Shown here: positions 9,003-17,499 of the stretch, one piece after another
Layout: each line of letters starts with the position of its first letter
Position numbering within the stretch: the first letter of the stretch is position 1
Assembly: GCA_051881815.1 (NCBI GenBank)
Contig: JBJEQP010000038.1
Location: forward strand, 820 to 64,819
DNA length: 64,000 nucleotides
Source: Oscillospiraceae bacterium
GTDB lineage: Bacteria; Bacillota; Clostridia; Oscillospirales; Ruminococcaceae
Direction of reading: 5' to 3'
Notes under the pieces: model-generated
Database searches by the model: none
Told to the model about the DNA's origin: nothing
The model's input: only the letters and a program-made list of their open reading frames with translations
Made by a program: the position numbers and the translations under genes

Positions 9003-9041
9003 CCCTCACAGAGTTTGTGATTCTCTGTGAGGGATTTTTTT
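9003..9041. terminator. bidirectional terminator
   Basis: ccctcacagag / ctctgtgaggg stem flanked by an A-run (left) and a T-run (right). Confidence 0.75.
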
Positions 9042-9077
9042 GGCGAAATCGTTAAGAAAACAATCACTTTATCAAGA

Positions 9078-9356
9078 TCATTCTTTGCTTTTGTTGATAA
9101 TATTATCGGGAAAAACCGAAGCCGTAAGCAGATCGGAAGGCGAAACGTCAAGAGCGTCGGCAATATCAAACAGAGTTTCAAGAGAAAAGCTGTTTGCGGC
9201 ATTCGGTGCTTCAATAACGCTTAAAAGGGAACGGCTGATATTAGCATTTTCCGCAAGAGCCTCCTGCGACATTCCTCGAAGCTTTCGCAGGGAAGCTATT
9301 GCAATTCCAAGCTGTATAAAACGGTCACGGTTTTTGAAAGCGACCTCTTTTCGCAT
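9078..9356 (-). CDS. XRE-family HTH regulator (tandem paralogue 1)
   Basis: 'IASLRKLRGMSQEALAENANISRSLLSVIE' HTH. The C-terminal 'SPSDLLTASVFPDNIINKSKE' is nearly identical to the neighbour's. Confidence 0.75.
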   Translation of the reverse strand: MRKEVAFKNRDRFIQLGIAIASLRKLRGMSQEALAENANISRSLLSVIEAPNAANSFSLETLFDIADALDVSPSDLLTASVFPDNIINKSKE

Positions 9357-9409
9357 ATTACACACCCTTTCGACATCTTTTTTAGATGGCTCGAATCTGT
9401 GGGGGACTT

Positions 9410-9688
9410 TTATTCCTTATTTTTATTGATAATATTATCGGGAAAAACCGAAGCCGTAAGCAGATCGGAAGGCGAAATTTCAAGAGCGTCGGCAATGTTA
9501 TAGAATACTTCCATAGAAAAGCAATGAGCAGTGTTCGGTGCTTCAATAACGCTCAAAAGGGAACGGCTTATGCCGGCTTTTTCGGCAAGCTTTTCCTGCG
9601 ATAAGCCTCTGATCCTTCTCAATGTTGAAATTGCGACGCCCAACTGTATGAAGCGGTCGTGATTTTTAAATGATACTTCTTTACTCAT
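9410..9688 (-). CDS. XRE-family HTH regulator (tandem paralogue 2)
   Basis: Start at 'MSKEVSFKN' behind GGAGAAGG. Same architecture and near-identical 3' end as 9078-9356. Confidence 0.75.
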   Translation of the reverse strand: MSKEVSFKNHDRFIQLGVAISTLRRIRGLSQEKLAEKAGISRSLLSVIEAPNTAHCFSMEVFYNIADALEISPSDLLTASVFPDNIINKNKE

Positions 9689-9967
9689 ATTTCCTTCTCC
9701 GTTTAATAAAGGGAAACTCAAAATATATTCTGTATATAATTATAGCCAAAGATAAATAATTATTCAGTATCAAACAGATAGCTATTGATTATTTTAGCAA
9801 GCAACTATATAATATAATTGAGCAATTGTATAGAAAAAAGTGTGTGTTATTAAAATGCCTTAACACAAATACACGATAAAGAGGTGAAACATATTGATAT
9901 AATTGCCAAAAGCGTGTATAATATAGATATACCCCAATACAGAGTATTAATAAGAGGAGGAAATTAT

Positions 9968-11092
9968 ATGAGAAAACCAAAAAGCATATTCCTGTGCCTG
10001 CTGATGGCATTGAGCTTGGTGTTAAGTGTATCGGTTCCTGCATCGGCGGCAGCGAAGAAGATAACGCTCTCCAACCTGCCTGCATATTCGGGAGAAGCGT
10101 ATGTTGAACTGAACGATAATGTTCCAAGCTTCAAGAAGTCCGATCTGACAACGAAAGCCTTTGAGAAGTACAGCAAGCTTGATGACCTCGGTCGGTGCGG
10201 TGCTGCTTATGCAAATGTATGCACGGAAACCATGCCGACGGAAGAACGCGGAAACATAGGAATGATAAAACCGTCGGGCTGGCAGACGGTAAAGTATGAC
10301 AACGTTGACGGAAAGTATCTTTACAACCGATGTCATCTTATCGGCTATCAGCTGACAGCCGAAAATGCTAATGAGAAAAACCTGATAACGGGCACACGTT
10401 ATATGAATGTCGAGGGTATGCTTCCGTTTGAAAACAAGGTTGCCGACTATGTTGAAGATACCGGCAACCACGTTCTGTATCGTGTAACGCCGATATTTAA
10501 GGACGATAACCTGCTTGCAAGCGGCGTGCAGATGGAAGCGTATTCCGTTGAGGATAAGGGCAAGGGCGTTTCCTTCAATGTTTACTGCTATAATGTTCAG
10601 CCGGGAATAACGATAGACTATAAGGACGGCTCCAGCAGGCTTTCTGACGGTACAATTGCTTCGATAAAGCTCAACTATACAAAATACACGCTTGAAGTCG
10701 GACAATCAAAGACACTTACTGCAGCAACTTCGCCCGAATCGGCAGCTAAATCTGTAAAATGGTATTCAAGCAACAATAAGATAGCGTCCGTAAGCAGCAG
10801 CGGAAAGGTAACAGCATTAAAAGCAGGAACAGTTACCATTACAGCAAAGACGACAAACGGCTTAAAGGCTGCCTGCAAGGTTACAGTAAAGGCTAAATCC
10901 GGCTCAAAGGTGACAAATAAGGCTCAAACGGGAAATGTTACCTATGTTTTGAACACAAACACGAAAAAGTTCCATTATCCGTCCTGTTCAAGCGTAGATC
11001 AGATGAAGGACAAGAACAAGAAGGAAGTAACTTGCTCCCGTGATGAGGTCATAAATATGGGTTATGACCCGTGCAAGAGATGCGACCCGTAA
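9968..11092 (+). CDS. secreted DNA/RNA non-specific endonuclease (DNA-entry-nuclease type) with Big_2-like Ig domain and Cys-rich C-terminal module
   Basis: Signal peptide 'SVSVPASAAAKK'. Nuclease core 'LYNRCHLIGYQLTAENANEKNLITGTRYMN'. Big_2-like 'SVKWYSSNNKIASVSSSGKVTALKAGTVTITAKT'. Tail 'KFHYPSCSS...CSRD...CKRCDP'. Confidence 0.75.
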   Translation: MRKPKSIFLCLLMALSLVLSVSVPASAAAKKITLSNLPAYSGEAYVELNDNVPSFKKSDLTTKAFEKYSKLDDLGRCGAAYANVCTETMPTEERGNIGMIKPSGWQTVKYDNVDGKYLYNRCHLIGYQLTAENANEKNLITGTRYMNVEGMLPFENKVADYVEDTGNHVLYRVTPIFKDDNLLASGVQMEAYSVEDKGKGVSFNVYCYNVQPGITIDYKDGSSRLSDGTIASIKLNYTKYTLEVGQSKTLTAATSPESAAKSVKWYSSNNKIASVSSSGKVTALKAGTVTITAKTTNGLKAACKVTVKAKSGSKVTNKAQTGNVTYVLNTNTKKFHYPSCSSVDQMKDKNKKEVTCSRDEVINMGYDPCKRCDP

Positions 11093-11327
11093 CGTAGATT
11101 CAAATTGTACGTTTTTTAACAAAGCTTAAACGTTTAACGCCAAAGTTGTAGATTATTGGGTAAATTTATATTTAAGGTCAAAGAATATGGCTATATTTGT
11201 TTAAAATTACGATTGTTTATTTTAAGAAAATATTGTATAATAAAACGGTAATATGCAGCATTGTATCTTGATGGAATAAGATGAGTGCGCAGATTTCAAG
11301 TTTATGATAAGAAAGGATCAGTGTGTT

Positions 11328-13724
11328 ATGCAGCCGGTAATCAATAAGGCGGATCTTGAAGAAAGAATCCGCAGCGTTCTCCAGACAGAATATAACGTTA
11401 CCCCGATCGACGCATCGGACAATCAGATCTATAAGGCACTCTCAACAGTCGTTGTTGAGCTTCTCCGCGAAAAGCGCAGAAAGTTCCGCAATCAGGTTCA
11501 TTCCGAGGGAAGAAAGGAAGTTTATTACCTTTCAATGGAATTCCTTATGGGACGTTCGCTCAAGACAAGCCTTTTTAACCTCAGGATCAATGATATCGCT
11601 GAAGAGATCATGAAGGCATGGGATGTCAATATCGACAGAATTTACGAATATGAGCCTGACGCAGGTCTTGGAAACGGCGGCCTCGGACGTCTTGCAGCTT
11701 GCTACCTTGACGGCCTTGCAACTGACGGTTATCCTGCAATGGGTTATTCTATCTGCTATGAGTACGGTATCTTCAAGCAGAAGATCGAAGACGGCTGGCA
11801 GACAGAGCTTCCCGATAACTGGCTCCCGGGCGGTGAAACATGGCTCGTTCCTAAAAAGGACAAGACCATCGAGGTTCACTTTGACGGTGAGGTTACCGAG
11901 CATTGGGATGATAAGTACCATCACATCTCCTATAACAACTACAGCACAGTTTATGCTGTTCCTTACGATATGTATGTTCCCGGCTACGACAGCGAGGGCG
12001 TTTCCGTTCTCCGTCTGTGGCAGGCAAAGGCTCCTTCCTTTGATATGCAGATGTTCAACCAGGGCGACTATGCAAAGTCACTCTCCCAGAACACCGTTGC
12101 ACAGGCTATCTCAAAGGTTCTTTACCCGAACGATAACCACCTCGAAGGCAAGTCCCTCCGTCTTCGTCAGCAGTACTTCATGTGTGCAGCTTCGATCGGC
12201 GATATCGTAAACCGCCACATGAGCATCTACGGCACACTTGACAACCTCCACGAAAAGGTTGCTATCCATATCAACGATACCCACCCGACTCTTGCTATCC
12301 CCGAGCTTATGAGAATACTTCTCGATGACTGCGGATACAACTGGAACAAGGCTTGGCATATCGTTACAAACACATTCGCTTACACAAACCACACAGTTCT
12401 TGCAGAAGCACTCGAAAAGTGGGATATGAACCTCGTTAAGCAGGTTATTCCGCGTATCTTCTCGATCATCGTTGAGATCAACAACCGTTACTGCGCAGAA
12501 CTCATGGAAAGGATCGGCGACAGCGCAAAGGTCACAAGAATGTCTATCATTCAGAACAACCAGATCCACATGGCTCTCCTCTGCGTATGCGCTTCTCACA
12601 GCGTAAACGGCGTTTCAAAGCTCCACTCCGATATCATCAAGCAGGACGTTTTCAGCAACGAGTATGCCGATACACCGTACAAGTTCAAGAATGTTACAAA
12701 CGGTATCGCTTACAGAAGATGGCTTCTCCAGGCTAACCCGGGACTTACAGAGCTTCTTTCCGATACTATCGGCGACGGCTTCAAGAAGAACGCTTCCGAG
12801 CTTGCAGACTTCAAAAAGTTTGAGGATGACAAGAAGGTTCTCGAAAAGCTTGGCAAGATCAAGCTCGACAACAAGAAGCGCTTTGCAAAGTATGTTAAGT
12901 CCAACTTCGGCGTTGTTCTCAACACGGACAGCATCTTCGACGTTCAGGTAAAGCGTCTGCACGAATACAAGCGTCAGCACCTCAACGCTCTCAATATCAT
13001 TGCAGAGTATCAGTATCTCCTTGATAATCCTAACGCAGATTTCGTTCCTAAGACATATATCTTCGCTGCAAAGGCTGCTCCCGGCTACTATCTTGCAAAG
13101 CAGATAATCAAGATGATCTGGGCACTCGGAGAAGAGATCAAGAAGAATCCTGTTGTAAACAAGAAGCTCCAGGTATTCTTCCTTGAAAACTACTGCGTAA
13201 GCCTTTCCGAGCTCCTTATGCCTGCTGCAGAAGTATCCGAGCAGATCTCCCTCGCAGGTAAGGAAGCGTCCGGTACGGGCAACATGAAGCTCATGCTCAA
13301 CGGTGCGCTCACACTCGGTACTCTTGACGGCGCTAATGTCGAGATCAAGGATCAGGTCGGCATCGACAACATCTTCATCTTCGGTATGAACGCTGACGAG
13401 GTTCTTGCAAAGCAGGCACAGGGCTATCATCCCGAGAGCTACTGCCAGAACAACGAAGTTATCGCAAGAGCTATCAACAAGATGTACACAGGCATCAATG
13501 GCTGCCAGTTTGAAGAGGTCGCAAACTCTCTCAAGTTTAAGGATCCTTACATGGTTCTTGCTGACTTTGACGCTTACCAGTCCGCACAGCAGTACGTTTC
13601 CGAATGCTACAAGGACAAGGAAAAGTGGAACAAGATGTCCCTCCACAACATCGCAGGTGCAGGCATCTTCTCTGCCGACAGAGCAGTTGAGGATTACGCT
13701 CGTGATATCTGGAAGCTTAAGTAA
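11328..13724 (+). CDS. glgP: glycogen/maltodextrin phosphorylase
   Basis: GT35 hallmarks 'GLGNGGLGRLAACYLD' and PLP-lysine block 'EASGTGNMKLMLNGALTLGTLDGANVE'. Confidence 0.95.
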   Translation: MQPVINKADLEERIRSVLQTEYNVTPIDASDNQIYKALSTVVVELLREKRRKFRNQVHSEGRKEVYYLSMEFLMGRSLKTSLFNLRINDIAEEIMKAWDVNIDRIYEYEPDAGLGNGGLGRLAACYLDGLATDGYPAMGYSICYEYGIFKQKIEDGWQTELPDNWLPGGETWLVPKKDKTIEVHFDGEVTEHWDDKYHHISYNNYSTVYAVPYDMYVPGYDSEGVSVLRLWQAKAPSFDMQMFNQGDYAKSLSQNTVAQAISKVLYPNDNHLEGKSLRLRQQYFMCAASIGDIVNRHMSIYGTLDNLHEKVAIHINDTHPTLAIPELMRILLDDCGYNWNKAWHIVTNTFAYTNHTVLAEALEKWDMNLVKQVIPRIFSIIVEINNRYCAELMERIGDSAKVTRMSIIQNNQIHMALLCVCASHSVNGVSKLHSDIIKQDVFSNEYADTPYKFKNVTNGIAYRRWLLQANPGLTELLSDTIGDGFKKNASELADFKKFEDDKKVLEKLGKIKLDNKKRFAKYVKSNFGVVLNTDSIFDVQVKRLHEYKRQHLNALNIIAEYQYLLDNPNADFVPKTYIFAAKAAPGYYLAKQIIKMIWALGEEIKKNPVVNKKLQVFFLENYCVSLSELLMPAAEVSEQISLAGKEASGTGNMKLMLNGALTLGTLDGANVEIKDQVGIDNIFIFGMNADEVLAKQAQGYHPESYCQNNEVIARAINKMYTGINGCQFEEVANSLKFKDPYMVLADFDAYQSAQQYVSECYKDKEKWNKMSLHNIAGAGIFSADRAVEDYARDIWKLK

Positions 13725-13735
13725 TGCTTGATTCG

Positions 13736-13755
13736 TAATGCGTAATGCGTAATTA
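13736..13755 (+). repeat. TAATGCGTAATGCGTAATTA 20-mer (copy 1)
   Basis: Exact 20-mer, also at 37838-37857 (+) and 38891-38910 (-). Lies 11 nt after the glgP stop, which itself reads TAATGC. Confidence 0.9.
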
Positions 13756-13798
13756 AAGGCACAACTCACAATAGCGTGGGTTGTGCCTTTGTTGTTTT
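13756..13798 (+). terminator. glgP terminator
   Basis: aaaggcacaac / gttgtgccttt stem followed by a T-rich tract. Confidence 0.75.
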
Positions 13799-13910
13799 AT
13801 CGGATTGTAAACCTACGGCTGACATTTTTTGCTTTAACTGCGTTTGCAGGGTGATGGACTTTCTTTTCGTAGTATGATATAATATAGAAAAATCCGAAGG
13901 GAGCGGTAGT

Positions 13911-14648
13911 ATGAGTTTAGGGAAAAACATTCAATTTCTTAGAAAGCAGAAGAAAATCACGCAGGAGCAGTTAGCCGGAATAATGTCCGTTTCACGTCAG
14001 ACAATATCAAGGTGGGAGGCAGATGAGATCGTTCCCGAGCTGAACAAGCTGGTCATTTTGAGCGATGTTTTTGCCTGCAAGCTGGACGCTTTAGTTAAAG
14101 AGGATATGGGGGATTTTGACAAGATTTATTCGGAGATAGTGATAAAGCGTGTCGGAGCGTTTAAAATGGCGAGATATGTCATGGTAACGCCGAAGCCGGA
14201 GGATGACGTGAATGAATATATGGACAACTGGGCGCAGCGTTCGGGGCTGCTGACGGCAAAGCCGGACGCAATAAAAATAGGCTGGGATTTTCCGTATGTT
14301 TCGTCCGAATTGCAGAACAGGTTCGGTCTGCGTGGGTATGTTGCGGCTTATGTTCTGCCGGATGGGTTTGAAACGGACTGCCCGGGAGTGGAATATGCCG
14401 ATCAGGAGGAAGCCGATTATGCGGTGATCACGATATACGACCCATTTGCGTCTGCTTTTGAACGCATACCGAATGCTTACAAAAAAGTATTGGAGTATCT
14501 TCAGGCAAACGGATTTCGCGAAAAGCCGAAAGAGGGGATATTGTCCTGTTTTGAGCGTGTTTATGAAAAAGACGGAGTCACCTGCATGGATGTATATCTC
14601 AATGTGGACAGCGTTTCCAAAACGGACAGCTTCACAAGTTTTTCGTAA
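13911..14648 (+). CDS. XRE-family HTH regulator fused to GyrI-like/effector-binding domain
   Basis: N-terminal 'LRKQKKITQEQLAGIMSVSRQTISRWE'. The roughly 160-aa C-terminal domain resembles GyrI-like small-molecule-binding domains; this is a low-resolution call. Confidence 0.65.
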   Translation: MSLGKNIQFLRKQKKITQEQLAGIMSVSRQTISRWEADEIVPELNKLVILSDVFACKLDALVKEDMGDFDKIYSEIVIKRVGAFKMARYVMVTPKPEDDVNEYMDNWAQRSGLLTAKPDAIKIGWDFPYVSSELQNRFGLRGYVAAYVLPDGFETDCPGVEYADQEEADYAVITIYDPFASAFERIPNAYKKVLEYLQANGFREKPKEGILSCFERVYEKDGVTCMDVYLNVDSVSKTDSFTSFS

Positions 14649-14782
14649 CGTAATACTAAGGAAACGCTGATTAATACGTTTCTGCCGTTTTTCAAAATGT
14701 CTATGTCAGAATGACATTAAAGGCAGGAAACTCGTACATTTCTCAAAACGGCGAAACGAACGCTGCGCTTTAATCAGCTTTT

Positions 14783-14962
14783 TTCTAATTCTTAATCAAC
14801 CTATAGACAAATCCTCGGCTATAATGCGCCCACTCTGCGTCAAACTCTTATGCAATGACGGCAGCCAAGCCTGTCTGTGGTCGCTCTCCAAGTTAAACAA
14901 GTTTACCTAATTGGAATTATTCTATCAGTCGGCTTTGTCTATAGAATGCTTAAAGATTAGTA
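14783..14962 (+). repeat. structured dispersed repeat, copy 2
   Basis: 180 nt. CTATAGACAAA / TTTGTCTATAG arms, conserved GGCTATAATGCGCCCACTCTGCGTCAA core, extra hairpin AGTTAAACAAGTTTACCT. The 5' half resembles copy 3 and the 3' half resembles copy 4. Confidence 0.8.
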
Positions 14963-15026
14963 AAAAATAGATAAACGGATTTTTCAACATGGAAATACAT
15001 ACTTCTTCAAACAGTTCTCTGTACTG

Positions 15027-15482
15027 TTAAGAAATTTCGATGTACTCATCATCGCCGCATTCGGCAGCTTTTTTCCAATCTATTGTCATATTAACTTGGA
15101 TATCTTCACTTTCATTTCCCGTTCCGCTGAAAGCAATAACGGTTTTGCTGCGGTCGTTTTGCGATAAATCTGCGCTGACGTTATATGACGAATATCTTTC
15201 TTCAAGATAATTATATATCTTTGACTCAATATCTTGATTAACGTCAAGTGCCATTTGTGCTATACTGCTGCAGTCATCGGTGCGTTCATAATTCCTTGCA
15301 ACATAAGCGTCACAGGGAGAAAACGACATACCGCTGAAGCTGTAAAAATCAATATGCTTATCTCCGTCCGCTCCCTTGGGATTAAGAAATCCCTCGAGCA
15401 TGACCGGTTTTGCCGTAAAAAAGAGAATGGCAAGCGCCGAAAGCAGGACGGTCAAAGCTGCCAAGACTGCTACAGTGATCAT
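15027..15482 (-). CDS. membrane-anchored hypothetical protein
   Basis: N-terminal TM helix 'ITVAVLAALTVLLSALAILFF'. No recognisable domain. Bracketed by repeat copies 2 and 3. Confidence 0.5.
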   Translation of the reverse strand: MITVAVLAALTVLLSALAILFFTAKPVMLEGFLNPKGADGDKHIDFYSFSGMSFSPCDAYVARNYERTDDCSSIAQMALDVNQDIESKIYNYLEERYSSYNVSADLSQNDRSKTVIAFSGTGNESEDIQVNMTIDWKKAAECGDDEYIEIS

Positions 15483-15754
15483 ATTTTTTGTTTTCGTATT
15501 AAAGCCCCCTCTTTTTTAGGAAAAACGCATTGTTTAGCAATTCTTCAAACACGGTTATTATGTTTGAACCCATTATACACCCAATATTTGGACTATGCAA
15601 GCAAATACTTACAAAATCGTGGTTATTTACAGTTTTATAGGATTTTTTTATTGACCTTGACGATTTTTGCCGCAGCAGATGTTGTTTTTATCATTCAATT
15701 GGAATAGGAGCAGAATACACTCTCTATTTTTTTCGCTGCTCATGTTACGTTTAA

Positions 15755-15879
15755 TACTAATAACCATTTAACCTATGGATAAAAGGCGGTGGCTATAATA
15801 CGCCCACTCTGCGTCAAACTTCCTTGATTGGTCGTATTCTATCCACCGTCTTTATTCATAGAACAAATGGTTATTAGAA
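15755..15879 (+). repeat. structured dispersed repeat, copy 3 (short form)
   Basis: 125 nt. TACTAATAACCATTT / AAATGGTTATTAGAA ends; GGTGG/CCACC and AATACGCC/GGTCGTATT arms. A G-U pair in CTATGGATAAA/TTTATTCATAG is allowed only in a plus-strand RNA. Confidence 0.8.
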
Positions 15880-15941
15880 TAAAAACACATTACTCAATAT
15901 TATAACCGTACAGCATTTTTGTAAAATGTAGAAGCATGGTA

Positions 15942-16199
15942 TTAATCGTAATGATAACGGCAGGAAATTATATACATATTTCCGTTTTCTATTTTATAAA
16001 CAAGGCGGTTAACTTCATCTATACGTCTGCTCCAGAAACCGCTGTAATTGTATTTTAGTGGTTCGGGTTTACCTATTCCGTCAAAGGGATCACGGTCAAT
16101 GTCTTTGACAAGTGCGTTGATACGCTTGATAGTTTTCTTATCTTGATTATACCAATACATATAATCTTCCCAAGCTTCATCCGTCCAGACCTTATTCAT
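15942..16199 (-). CDS. yoeB: YoeB/Txe-family type II toxin (mRNA interferase)
   Basis: 'WTDEAWEDYMYW...DKKTIKRINALVKDIDRDPFDGIGKPEPLKYNYSGFWSRRIDEVNRLVY' is a typical YoeB. Confidence 0.9.
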   Translation of the reverse strand: MNKVWTDEAWEDYMYWYNQDKKTIKRINALVKDIDRDPFDGIGKPEPLKYNYSGFWSRRIDEVNRLVYKIENGNMYIISCRYHYD

Positions 16200-16476
16200 C
16201 GTCGTTTTCCTCGATCAGCTCGTGAGCTTTTACCTTGCCCGAATTAAGCTGCGCAATAGAACGGTCAAGGTGTGCTGTATTTGATCTGCTGTAAAAAAAG
16301 TCATCGGGTGAGTTGTGAAGCGACACCGAAAAAGGAAGCCCCTCACACATAAGCGACTGTTTGATGAACATATTAAAAGCAGTTGTCATATTCAGACCGA
16401 GGGAATTGAAAAGCTGCTCTGCTTTGCGTTTATCCTCTGCGTCAAGGCGCACTGTTACACTTGTTGTTTCTGACAT
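16192..16476 (-). CDS. type II antitoxin, RelB/DinJ-like RHH N-terminus with YefM-like C-terminal toxin-binding tail
   Basis: 'VTVRLDAEDKRKAEQLFNSLGLNMTTAFNMFIKQS' is DinJ-like. 8-nt overlap with yoeB. Direct repeats TTACAYTGT in the upstream region. Confidence 0.8.
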   Translation of the reverse strand: MSETTSVTVRLDAEDKRKAEQLFNSLGLNMTTAFNMFIKQSLMCEGLPFSVSLHNSPDDFFYSRSNTAHLDRSIAQLNSGKVKAHELIEENDDE

Positions 16477-16555
16477 AAGATCATCTCCTGTTTGTATTTG
16501 CTTACATTGTACATCAAAATAATTACACTGTCAATATATTTTGCATAAAATATCG

Positions 16556-16600
16556 CAAAAATCCCTCTCCAAATCACTTTCGGGGAGGGATAGTTTTTTT
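16556..16600 (-). terminator. rnf operon terminator
   Basis: tccctctcc / ggggaggga stem flanked by A/T runs, immediately downstream of rnfB. Confidence 0.65.
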
Positions 16601-16606
16601 AGCAAA

Positions 16607-17482
16607 TTACTTTGTTTCTTCTGCCTTTGCTTCGGGTTTTGTTTCCGACTTTGGAGCAGGCTTCGGAGCGGCAGGCTTTACCGTTACAACGCCGTCACAG
16701 CGGTGGATAGCGTGTGTGGGACAGCCTTCTGCGCACTTTCCGCAGTTTGTACACTTGCTGTAATCAATGTGTGCATTGTTGTTTTCAACGGTGATAGCAC
16801 CGAATTCGCAGACCTTTTCACACTTCTTGCAGCCGATACAGCCGTTCTTGCAGGCTGCACGGGTGTTTTTGCCTATATCCTGCGATGAGCAAAGAACGTC
16901 AACGTGATTTGTAATATCGTGGACTACAATAAGTTGGTTCGGACAAGCCTTTGCGCAGAGTCCGCAGCCGCTGCACTTTGAGCGGTCGATCCTTGCAACG
17001 CCGTCTGCAATGGAAATAGCGTCATGCTCGCATACACTAATGCAGTCGCCGTAGCCGAGGCAGCCGTAAGCGCAGGCGATCTGTCCGTTGTAGAAACGCT
17101 TTGCAGCCTTACAGGACTGTACGCCGTCAAACTCGAACTTGTCGGCGGAACGGGCATTGCAGTCGCCGCTGCAGCGAACAACTGCGATCTTCGGGATAGC
17201 TTCCATTGCGGCAACGCCCATAACAGCGGCGATCTTTTCGGATGCTTCCTTGCCGCCCGGGGCACAGAGGTTTGTTGCGACTCCGTTTTTTACGATAGCT
17301 TCCGCATAAGCGGCACAGCCCGAATATCCGCATGCGCCGCAGTTTACCTGCGGAAGAGCTTCATTTACCTTGTCGATCCTTTCGTCTGTCTTGACTTCAA
17401 AAACCTTTGAGCACACTGTAAGAAGCACGCCTGCAAGAAGTCCGATAGCCGCAAAAACAAGGGCAGGAATAATAAATGTCAT
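16607..17482 (-). CDS. rnfB: Rnf complex subunit B (polyferredoxin type)
   Basis: N-terminal TM, '[16 protein letters not shown]', several CxxCxxCxxxCP 4Fe-4S motifs, Pro/Lys-rich tail. Confidence 0.9.
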   Translation of the reverse strand: MTFIIPALVFAAIGLLAGVLLTVCSKVFEVKTDERIDKVNEALPQVNCGACGYSGCAAYAEAIVKNGVATNLCAPGGKEASEKIAAVMGVAAMEAIPKIAVVRCSGDCNARSADKFEFDGVQSCKAAKRFYNGQIACAYGCLGYGDCISVCEHDAISIADGVARIDRSKCSGCGLCAKACPNQLIVVHDITNHVDVLCSSQDIGKNTRAACKNGCIGCKKCEKVCEFGAITVENNNAHIDYSKCTNCGKCAEGCPTHAIHRCDGVVTVKPAAPKPAPKSETKPEAKAEETK

Positions 17483-17499
17483 ATTTCCGTTCCTCCTTT

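Noticed and set aside
9027-9429. Plus-strand ORFs (65 and 129 aa) across the XRE region
   Set aside because: They are antisense to the two HTH genes and are repeated only because the underlying genes are duplicated. No RBS.
12615-13769. 384-aa ORF on the minus strand
   Set aside because: It is entirely antisense to the well-supported glgP gene, has Leu/Val/Cys-rich shadow-frame composition and no RBS. It is a typical antisense artefact.
16541-16888. 115-aa plus-strand ORF and the Pro/Ala/Lys-rich rnfB 3' end
   Set aside because: The plus ORF is antisense to rnfB. The PAPK-rich tail is a low-complexity C-terminal extension of RnfB, not a separate feature.
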